Shown piece by piece: positions 1 through 7,400 of a stretch of DNA of 64,000 bases. How positions within the stretch are numbered: position 1 is the stretch's first letter; the number at the start of each line of letters is the position of its first letter. The notes under the pieces were generated by a model. It made no database searches, had not been told where the DNA came from, and saw nothing but the letters and a program-made list of their open reading frames with translations. A program made the translations under genes and the position numbers. Source of the DNA: Eubacteriales bacterium. Its GTDB lineage: Bacteria; Bacillota; Clostridia; Oscillospirales; CAG-272. Where the stretch lies: assembly GCA_045594785.1 (NCBI GenBank), contig JAZNZE010000004.1:39254-103253 (forward strand), given 5' to 3'.

Positions 1-1415
1 GTAATATAACCTCAATTTCGGTAAACGGTGTGGAACAATACAGATATGTGTATGATAACGTAGGTCAACTCTTGAGAGAGGACAATGTTCCTAAGAATAA
101 AACCTATGTACATACATATGATAATGCAGGCAATCTAAAATCAAGGAAAACGTATCCACTTACAGCAGCTGATGTGATACCGAGTGGTAATTACGTTTCG
201 GTTAGCCGTGCATATTCCACAAGCGCATGGGGTGATCTTCTCACTTCGTACGGCGGAGTTGCAATAACCTATGATGAAATAGGAAATCCTCTTAGCTACC
301 TAGGAAAAACGTTTACCTGGGAAGGCAGGCGTCTTGTTAGTGCTGTAAGCAGCAGCAAAACTATAACCTTCGAGTATAACGATGAAGGTATACGCACAAG
401 TAAAACCGTAAACGGAGTAACGACAAATTATTATCTTAACGGTTCTCAGATAATGGCTGAAGAAACTAACGGTAATATTACGGTTTATCTGTATAATAAT
501 ACAGGCATAATCGGTTTCCAATACCGCGCTTCAACCTATGCGGCTGACGTTTGGGATACTTATTTCTACGAAAAGAATCTGCAGGGTGACATAATAGCTG
601 TATACACATCCGATGGAGCAAAGAAGCTCTCTTATACCTATGATGCCTGGGGTAATTTCACTGTGACCTACCTCAACGGAGCAAACCTAGTCACGATGAA
701 AACTTTGTTTGCTTACAGAGGTTATTACTACGATAGTGACTTAGGTTTCTACTATCTTAATTCAAGGTATTATGACAGTAATACCGGTAGGTTCGTGAAT
801 GCAGATAACCAACTTTCAACAGGTAGTGATTTGACAGGAATAAATTTGTTTGCTTACTGTGGCAACAATCCTGTTAATCGTATAGATCCAGATGGACATG
901 CGTGGAAAGATATTAAAAATTGGTTCTCAAACACCTGGAATAATGTTAAGAAAACTGCTAAACAAATTGTAAAAACTGTTAAGAAAAAAGCTTATACAAC
1001 TTACTACAATGCAACTAAGTGGCATTTCGAGGATAGAGAAAAGAAAAATGGAACACCTCCGACTTATTCAGAAGTGAATGATAGGAATTCTGGCTGGAAT
1101 CTCTTGCCTGAAAGCCAATCGATATATCACGATAATGGAGTTGGTAAATCAGAACTTAAGTATATAACTGATGATGGACGAGAAGCTGTATTTGATGGCG
1201 ATACACTAGAACCAGTTACAGATCCGAGATATATTGCTACCTATAACTATTGCCCACTATACCAAATGCCATCTACTGGTGCTGGGGTTTTAGACTATGT
1301 CAAATTGGCTGGCTCGGGAGTCGGACATTTCTTTGCGGATATGGTGCCGTACTATCTAACCGGAAATAGTAATACGAGAGAGCAGTTTGAATCGAAAGTC
1401 TTTTTCTTTGATTAG
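1..1415 (+). CDS. RHS/YD-repeat polymorphic toxin, 3' portion (5' end lies off-window) with a variable C-terminal toxin tail
   Basis: The frame is open from the left edge (codons in phase with nt 3). YD/RHS repeats (YTYDAWGN, YRGYYYDSDLGFYYLNSRYYDSNTGRF) end in the core-end motif NLFAYCGNNPVNRIDPDGH (about nt 840-899). The last ~170 aa (900-1415) share nothing with the tails of the downstream cassettes. The ORF track lists only the ATG-started part 30..1415. Confidence 0.85.
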   Translation, partial: NITSISVNGVEQYRYVYDNVGQLLREDNVPKNKTYVHTYDNAGNLKSRKTYPLTAADVIPSGNYVSVSRAYSTSAWGDLLTSYGGVAITYDEIGNPLSYLGKTFTWEGRRLVSAVSSSKTITFEYNDEGIRTSKTVNGVTTNYYLNGSQIMAEETNGNITVYLYNNTGIIGFQYRASTYAADVWDTYFYEKNLQGDIIAVYTSDGAKKLSYTYDAWGNFTVTYLNGANLVTMKTLFAYRGYYYDSDLGFYYLNSRYYDSNTGRFVNADNQLSTGSDLTGINLFAYCGNNPVNRIDPDGHAWKDIKNWFSNTWNNVKKTAKQIVKTVKKKAYTTYYNATKWHFEDREKKNGTPPTYSEVNDRNSGWNLLPESQSIYHDNGVGKSELKYITDDGREAVFDGDTLEPVTDPRYIATYNYCPLYQMPSTGAGVLDYVKLAGSGVGHFFADMVPYYLTGNSNTREQFESKVFFFD

Positions 1416-1426
1416 GAGGGATCTGA

Positions 1427-1966
1427 ATGAAAAAAGAATTAAGGAGCGTAATGATTATTATGTTATCCATAGGTATGATTTTAGGTTTATGCTCATGTCG
1501 CATGAAGGAGAGCTACAAGGAGTTTAATATTAAAAACATAACCGGTAGTGTGAATGATAATTATTTTACTTCAGAAGATTTTTCTTTTGCAAGAATTCAG
1601 AATATTGTGATTATACCCGAAGTCAAGGCTATAAACCACGAAGAATATATTATATACATATCCGCATATTCAAAGAGCGGAAAAGAAATTGTTCAAATTA
1701 AAAATGTAATTTTCAAAGAAAAAGAGTGTGTTTTGTTAAACAACGAGTTGGGGAACAAGATTGAATTTAAACAGAATGCTAACTCTATATACGAGGGATG
1801 GATTGATGGAGGAACCTTTACAGAAGAAACTTTGAAGGTGGCAGATGGTAAAAAGTATGACATTATAATTGAAGTTGATGTTTTTGATAATGGTTTAAAC
1901 ATATCAAAAAACTTAACGTTTGAAATGGACATAAAAGGATATAAATCATTTGTTTGGCCAACGTAA
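1427..1966 (+). CDS. putative cognate immunity protein (predicted lipoprotein)
   Basis: It starts 11 nt after the toxin stop, with GGAGGG 6 nt upstream of the ATG. The N-terminus MKKELRSVMIIMLSIGMILGLCSC looks like a signal peptide with a lipobox-like LCSC. It is a small A+T-rich gene in the canonical immunity position. No family recognised. Confidence 0.55.
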   Translation: MKKELRSVMIIMLSIGMILGLCSCRMKESYKEFNIKNITGSVNDNYFTSEDFSFARIQNIVIIPEVKAINHEEYIIYISAYSKSGKEIVQIKNVIFKEKECVLLNNELGNKIEFKQNANSIYEGWIDGGTFTEETLKVADGKKYDIIIEVDVFDNGLNISKNLTFEMDIKGYKSFVWPT

Positions 1967-2065
1967 GAAAAAGGGGTCAAAAAAAGAAATGCATTTGTGG
2001 CAACATGATTTGAATATGTATTATAAGAGCAAATATGGCGTATTGCCGCCTCTGAACAAACGTGG

Positions 2066-2485
2066 ATGGTGATTATAATGAACCTTCATATTAATTCCCC
2101 ATCATATTACAGTCAAATTCACGGAATTGATGACGAGATATATAAAATGTGTCGATTATTAGAAAAAAATGTCGATATAAAAAAATATACATCTCTGTTA
2201 GATACCGTGGGAATAACACCGATTGTTGCTCCGAATTTTGAAATAGGCTGTGCTAACTATGCAGAAGTAAAATATATCAGTTTGCCTTATCGAATGGCAA
2301 GCATATCGCTGCATATTGACTACTTGGAGTATGTTTCTGTGAATATTGAAGAAAAAAAGGCGCTGATTATCAAAAATATTTTAAATTCGTTGTTAGTAAT
2401 AAAAAAACGGTTAAAAAATGGTTTTGACTATGTACGGATTGAAAATGATATTTTAACATTAGTGAAAGCCCCGAATGATAGATGA
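2066..2485 (+). CDS. hypothetical cytoplasmic protein, possible orphan or second immunity protein
   Basis: Intact 139-aa ORF with no signal peptide or TM segment, A+T-rich, lying between immunity candidate 1 and the next rhs cassette. An alternative start is ATG 2078. Function not recognisable from sequence. Confidence 0.4.
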   Translation: MVIIMNLHINSPSYYSQIHGIDDEIYKMCRLLEKNVDIKKYTSLLDTVGITPIVAPNFEIGCANYAEVKYISLPYRMASISLHIDYLEYVSVNIEEKKALIIKNILNSLLVIKKRLKNGFDYVRIENDILTLVKAPNDR

Positions 2486-2624
2486 ATGCAAAAAATGAAA
2501 CGAACTAAAAGCGGTTATGTATAGCATTTATAGAATATGAAAACGATGATTTTTACCACGATTTCTCATCTCAGATATTCTATAATGATAATTATACTAT
2601 ACTTATACATACTCTTATTCAACT

Positions 2625-3215
2625 TCCGGTTGGGGTGATCTGCTAACATCATATAACGGTCGTGAAATTACTTACGACGAGATAGGAAACCCTCTTAGCT
2701 ATTATAACGGTGCTTCGTATACATTCTCTTGGACGGGTAAAGAACTGACGGGGCTTGTAAAGAGTGGAAACACATACTCCTTTACTTACAATGATGCCGG
2801 AATACGTACTACAAAAACCAAGAACGGAGTAACAACAACCTACTATCTCAGCGGTTCTCAGATAATGGCAGAGGAAAGATGCGGTGAAATTACGGTTTAT
2901 CTGTATAATAATACAGGCATAATCGGTTTTCAATACCGCGATTCAACCTATGCAGCGGACGTTTGGGATACATACTTTTACGAAAAGAACTTGCAGGGTG
3001 ACGTTGTCGGTATATACGATGCAAACGGAACAAAGCTTGCTTATTATACCTATGATGCGTGGGGCAATTTCACTACTGCATACTACAGCGGAGCACCGTA
3101 TCCTGTATTTAGTAATCCCTTCACATACAGAGGCTATTATTATGATAGAGACCTAGGGCTTTATTATCTGAATTCCAGGTATTATGACAGCATGACCTGT
3201 AGATTCGTGAATGCG
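2625..3215 (+). repeat. more diverged direct repeat of the rhs core segment (aligns to about nt 220-805)
   Basis: The conserved blocks WGDLL...YDEIGNPLSY and IMAEE..ITVYLYNNTGIIGFQYR...YYLNSRYYDS are shared at nucleotide level. There is a 3-codon length difference upstream of the ATG at 2865. Confidence 0.8.
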
Positions 3216-3869
3216 GATACGTTTGATGTAATAACCGCAACACCCGGTGCTCTTACCGATAAGAATCTCTATGCCTACTGCGATAATAATCCCATTATGC
3301 GTACAGATGAAGACGGTGAATTTTGGTTAGGTCTTGCGATTGGTGCTGTGGTTGGTGCGGTAGGAGGTATTGTTGGTCAAGTTATAAGCGATATGGTTAC
3401 TAGCGCATTAAATTTTGAAGTAACAATTAGCAATTGGCAAACATATGTTGGTGCTGCCGTTGGCGGTGCTGCTGGTGGAGTAGTTATTGCTGCTACAGCT
3501 AATATAAGTGCCGCTAATGCGGTTGTAGGTGCCGTTACAACAGCTGTAGGGCAATCGTTAGAAAAATTAACAATTAGTGATTACGATAAATCCTGGATGG
3601 AGATAGGTTCAAATGCCGTTGTAGATGGTACAGTTAGTTATGGTCTAGGAAAAATACCCGGAATTAAGGGAGCGACTGCAGGAAGAAACAGCTGGTCTGC
3701 AGTGTACAAATCCGGACTAACCAAGTTAAGACACGGAACTGCTGCCAAAATGAGTGCCAAAGTGGTTACTAAGGGAGTTGGATCAAATGTTGTTGGTGGT
3801 TTTGCGCTCGATGGATATTATGGTCTAAAACAATATGCTTACGATAAATTAAAAAATCCATTAGCATAG
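2865..3869 (+). CDS. orphan RHS C-terminal cassette with a Gly-zipper, membrane-toxin-like tail (RHS-homologous frame is open from 2592 without a start codon)
   Basis: It has the same RHS core as feature 1 (TVYLYNNTGIIGFQYR, YYLNSRYYDS), ending NLYAYCDNNPIMRTDEDGEFW (~nt 3320). The frame is open and RHS-like from 2592 (YSTSGWGDLLTSYNGREITYDEIGNPLSY), but there is no ATG/GTG/TTG before 2865 and no RBS. The tail 3321-3869 is Gly/Ala-rich with repeated GxxxG (GLAIGAVVGAVGGIVG, GAAVGGAAGGVV). Confidence 0.7.
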   Translation: MAEERCGEITVYLYNNTGIIGFQYRDSTYAADVWDTYFYEKNLQGDVVGIYDANGTKLAYYTYDAWGNFTTAYYSGAPYPVFSNPFTYRGYYYDRDLGLYYLNSRYYDSMTCRFVNADTFDVITATPGALTDKNLYAYCDNNPIMRTDEDGEFWLGLAIGAVVGAVGGIVGQVISDMVTSALNFEVTISNWQTYVGAAVGGAAGGVVIAATANISAANAVVGAVTTAVGQSLEKLTISDYDKSWMEIGSNAVVDGTVSYGLGKIPGIKGATAGRNSWSAVYKSGLTKLRHGTAAKMSAKVVTKGVGSNVVGGFALDGYYGLKQYAYDKLKNPLA

Positions 3870-3879
3870 GAGTTAGGAA

Positions 3880-4419
3880 GTGAACAAAATTAAGAAGCTC
3901 TTTGAAGTCCAAACCAAGTTGACATCTTATACCTACCCAATAGTAAAGATAATAATATGTATAGCTATTATTATTTTCACTTATATTCGAAATCTAATCT
4001 TTCGTTTTTCAATCCCATGGGCTAATATAGTACTTACAGTGCTATGTGCTCAATTAATGATTTTCAGTATTCTTTGGTTGTATATTTCTATTGGCGAATT
4101 GTTCCATACATTTGAGAATCGTAGACGTATAAATAAAAATTATCAATTCGTAAATGTAAAACAATTGACAACAGAAGCTATAACTAAAATAGTGTCCGAA
4201 AATGATATTGTTGAGATTGAAGTGTATGACGGTAATAAAATTATCCAAATAGGAGCAAGTTCAGACTGTAAATATTCAAGTTGTATATTTACAGATAAAT
4301 TGTTTTATATATCAGATTCGGATTATGAAACAATAGAAATATTTACAGAAGCGTTAATTGCTTTGTTCCCTACAGGAAGTGTACCTGTTTATAAAATTGA
4401 TGGTTTACCTTTAACTTAA
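3880..4419 (+). CDS. putative immunity protein for cassette 2 (integral membrane)
   Basis: GTG start 10 nt after the cassette-2 stop, with AGGA-type purine run upstream. Hydrophobic helices (IVKIIICIAIIIFTYI, ANIVLTVLCAQLMIFSILWLYISI) are followed by a soluble C-terminal part. Very A+T-rich. Confidence 0.55.
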   Translation: MNKIKKLFEVQTKLTSYTYPIVKIIICIAIIIFTYIRNLIFRFSIPWANIVLTVLCAQLMIFSILWLYISIGELFHTFENRRRINKNYQFVNVKQLTTEAITKIVSENDIVEIEVYDGNKIIQIGASSDCKYSSCIFTDKLFYISDSDYETIEIFTEALIALFPTGSVPVYKIDGLPLT

Positions 4420-5451
4420 TATATATTATTTGTTCTCGATACCGACTATACCTTTACCGAAACAAGCACGCAAACCTCATCACAGGTAAAAACCTATAAG
4501 ACAACGGTAAACGGAACCGCGACAACCTACACGTACACCTACGATTCCAGAGGTAATATAACCTCAATTTCAGTAAACGGCGCGCAGCAGTATAGGTACG
4601 TATATGATAACCTCAGCCAGCTAATAAGAGAAGATAATATACCTAAAAATAAAACTTATGTTTACAAATATGACAATTCAGGTAATATATTATCAAAGAA
4701 AACCTATTCGTTAACTGCGGCAGGCGTAACGCCTACAGGCTCATATACCGAGAATAGCTACACCTATTCTACAGGCGCATGGGGAGACCTTCTTATCTCG
4801 TATAACGGCGCAAGTATTACCTACGATGCGATAGGAAATCCGCGTAACTACCGAGGCAAAACGTTCACTTGGGAAGGAAGACGTCTTGTAAGTGCAATAA
4901 ACGGAAGTAACACTCTGACCTTCAAGTATAACGATGAAGGTATACGCACAAGCAAAACTGTAAACGGTATAACCACGAACTATTACTTAAACGGTTCTCA
5001 GATAATGGCAGAGGAAAGATGCGGTGATATTACGGTTTATCTGTATAATAATACAGGCATAATCGGTTTTCAATACCGCGCTTCAACCTATGCAGCGGAC
5101 GTTTGGGATACTTACTTTTACGAAAAGAATCTGCAGGGTGACATAATAGCTGTATACACAGCCGATGGAGTAAAGAAGCTCTCTTATACCTATGATGCCT
5201 GGGGTAATTTCACTGTGACCTACCTCAACGGAGCAAACTTAGTCACGATGAAAACTTTGTTTGCTTACAGAGGTTATTACTACGATAGTGACTTAGGTTT
5301 GTACTATCTTAATTCAAGGTATTATGACAGTAATACCGGCAGATTCATTTCAGCGGATGACATTGGTATCATTTGTTCTATACCGAATGCATTAACCGAT
5401 AAAAATCTATACAAAGTTTTTATTATGTCATCACAAATCATAGCGAAATAA
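4420..5451 (+). pseudogene. truncated orphan RHS fragment (no start, no toxin tail, no immunity gene)
   Basis: The frame opens at 4420 directly after a TAA, and RHS homology begins at ~4438. Nt 4553-5352 are colinear with nt 1-800. There is no start codon until 5005. After ALTDKNLY the frame leaves the core-end motif (no YCxNNP/DPxG) and stops 12 codons later. Confidence 0.65.
4553..5352 (+). repeat. near-identical direct repeat of rhs core segment nt 1-800 (constant offset 4552, no indels seen)
   Basis: By-eye alignment: for example 453-800 versus 5005-5352 differ only at scattered positions. Identity drops abruptly after the codons for SNTGRF. Confidence 0.9.
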
Positions 5452-5504
5452 AAAAGCTCACTTTCGATAAATGAGCTAAAGCATTTGATATTATTACTGA
5501 GAAA

Positions 5505-5542
5505 GCAGCTCAAACCTTGCGTTTGAGCTGCCTTCGTTTTTT
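5505..5542. terminator. bidirectional stem-loop terminator between convergent units
   Basis: An 11-bp perfect stem gcagctcaaac / gtttgagctgc with loop cttgc. A T-run (tttttt) lies a few nt downstream on + and TTTCTC follows on -. It sits between the rhs relic (+) and the 5550..7151 gene (-). Confidence 0.65.
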
Positions 5543-5549
5543 ATTCGTT

Positions 5550-7151
5550 TTAATCTTTGTTTTTGCGATGCGTAGAAATTTTTATATAGTCGTTCGTAAG
5601 CAGCGTATCTATGCCCATATCGAAAAGCGCGTCTGCCTCTTCGGTAGTGTCAGCGTAGAAATAGTTGCATCTTATGCCGTGCGCATGCGCCTTGTCAATC
5701 ATTTCCTTAGTGTAGAACTGTAGGTAAAGCTGAACCTTTTCACAACCGTATTCTATAGCTCTGTCTACTATATCCCACGGTCTTTCGGAAAGATGTCCCA
5801 CGCAAATGGGGATATCGGGAGCGTATGCTTTCCATTGCTTTATCTGCATATCGCTTTCAAGCATAAAGTAGCAATGCCCCTCTGCGTTATAGCGCCTTAC
5901 CGTATCCACGATTTTTTTCATAATATGCTCGGGATAGTCCTCGGAATAGGAAAGCGGCTTGACGTGAATGTTCATAATGACGTGAGAGGAAAATTTTTCA
6001 AGAATTTCTTCAAATTTTACAACCGAAAGCCCTGCAAAGCTTTCGTCAAATTTGATTCCGAAGTCGAGCTTTTCAAGCTCCGCTAAGGTTTTGTCGGTTA
6101 TAAGTCCTTCACCCGTGCTCACTCTTTCGAGATTTCTGTCGTGAGAAGAGACTATTTCTCCGTCAAGAGTAGGCCAGAGGTCGAATTCTATTTCTTCAGC
6201 TCCGAGGGCAACCGCCGCACCGTATCCCGCCATAGAGTTTTCGGGCAGGGAATGCATTCCTCTGTGAGCGCAGAGCCTAGGATATCCGAGCTCCTTTTCA
6301 CCGGGAATCACCGAGCTTCCCGCAGGTCGATATTGCCAAGGCTTTCTTCCGTATTCTATATATTCGTAATGCGCCTTTTCGGGATTTCCGAAGCCTGCAG
6401 GCTTATAGTGCTTATCCTTCGGGTCAAACTCGGCAGTTTCCATACCGAATCTTCCGCGCATATTGACGAGGGTTTTTCCGTAAGGCGAAACCACCATGCT
6501 CGCGCCGCAAACGGTAGCTTTTTCGTCAAAGCTTACCGAAGAGCGAAGCACGTACGCATTCGTGTTATACGCAAGCATTTTGCACATCGTTTCGATAGCC
6601 TCGTGACTGTCGCTGCGCTGAAGCGAGCAGCCGATAATTATATCCACGTTCTGCTTTGCTATATTCGCAAAAGCCTCGTAGAAATAGAAATCGTAGCAGG
6701 TGAGAAATCCGTATCTCAGTCCGTCAAGCTCCAGAACGTACGGTTCGGAAAATTCCATAGTGTAGTCGGAGTCGAGGGCAAGCGTTTCTTTTTCAAGAGG
6801 CGGAAGATGCTTTTTGAAGTATTTTCCTACCGTTTCTCCGTTTTTATCGATTGCGTAGGTTGTGTTTCTGTAATTTCCGTTAACCTCGTAAAGAGCGTTG
6901 ACGAATACGGCAGCGCCGCATCTCTTTGCCGTCTCTGCACATTTTGAAAGCAGTGTTTTTATGTATTTTTTGTGGTAAAAGAGGGTTTCCTCTCTGTCCT
7001 TTGTGGCACAGGGAACGTCACTGTACTCCGGCAAAACTATTATATCAACCGAGCTGTCACATTTATCGAGCAGCTTAATTTTGTACTCAAAATATTCGTC
7101 ACAAAAAGCCGTATCCATTGAATATGGCGGCTGAATTATACAGGCTTTCAT
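5550..7151 (-). CDS. fusion protein: N-terminal carbon-nitrogen hydrolase (nitrilase superfamily) + C-terminal glycerophosphodiester phosphodiesterase (GDPD) domain
   Basis: The N-terminal half shows nitrilase-type Glu-Lys-Cys context (IIVLPEYSD, GKYFKKHLPP, YGFLTCYDFYF). The C-terminal half shows the GDPD signature (LCAHRGMHSLPENSMAGY..EEIEFDLWPTLDGEIVSSHDRNLERV). Confidence 0.75.
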   Translation of the reverse strand: MKACIIQPPYSMDTAFCDEYFEYKIKLLDKCDSSVDIIVLPEYSDVPCATKDREETLFYHKKYIKTLLSKCAETAKRCGAAVFVNALYEVNGNYRNTTYAIDKNGETVGKYFKKHLPPLEKETLALDSDYTMEFSEPYVLELDGLRYGFLTCYDFYFYEAFANIAKQNVDIIIGCSLQRSDSHEAIETMCKMLAYNTNAYVLRSSVSFDEKATVCGASMVVSPYGKTLVNMRGRFGMETAEFDPKDKHYKPAGFGNPEKAHYEYIEYGRKPWQYRPAGSSVIPGEKELGYPRLCAHRGMHSLPENSMAGYGAAVALGAEEIEFDLWPTLDGEIVSSHDRNLERVSTGEGLITDKTLAELEKLDFGIKFDESFAGLSVVKFEEILEKFSSHVIMNIHVKPLSYSEDYPEHIMKKIVDTVRRYNAEGHCYFMLESDMQIKQWKAYAPDIPICVGHLSERPWDIVDRAIEYGCEKVQLYLQFYTKEMIDKAHAHGIRCNYFYADTTEEADALFDMGIDTLLTNDYIKISTHRKNKD

Positions 7152-7309
7152 TCTTTATCACCTCAGAACCTGGTTTTATACAAAGTATAACACAAAACAA
7201 AACGGCTGTCAATCGACAACCGCCGTATAAAAAATATTTTACATTCCCTTAATTTTATATCTTCTTTTACCGTAACTTTAAAGTTATAGCGGTATATCAT
7301 ATTTTGTAA

Positions 7310-7338
7310 TTTACAAATTTGTTTTTGTATGCTATACT
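7310..7338 (+). promoter_or_regulatory. sigma-A type promoter for 7401..10673
   Basis: TTTACA (7310-7315), 17-nt spacer, TATACT (7333-7338), about 60 nt upstream of the ATG. Confidence 0.5.
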
Positions 7339-7400
7339 TAAGAAAAAGCCTTTATGCTTAACGGCTAAATAATCTATTATTCTTAAGGCAGGGAATACCT

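Noticed and set aside
1989-2072. 27-aa ORF (MHLWQHDLNMYYKSKYGVLPPLNKRGW) between the two immunity-like genes
   Set aside because: It has no RBS, overlaps the start of the next gene out of frame, and is too short to assess.
1-5550. Integrase, transposase or tRNA flanks that would define the RHS region as a mobile island
   Set aside because: None is present on the right side. The left boundary is off-window, so mobility cannot be claimed.
6141-6947. 268-aa ORF on the + strand
   Set aside because: It lies entirely antisense to the well-supported nitrilase-GDPD gene. The composition is Arg/Ser/Phe-rich and low-complexity, typical of a shadow frame, and there is no RBS.
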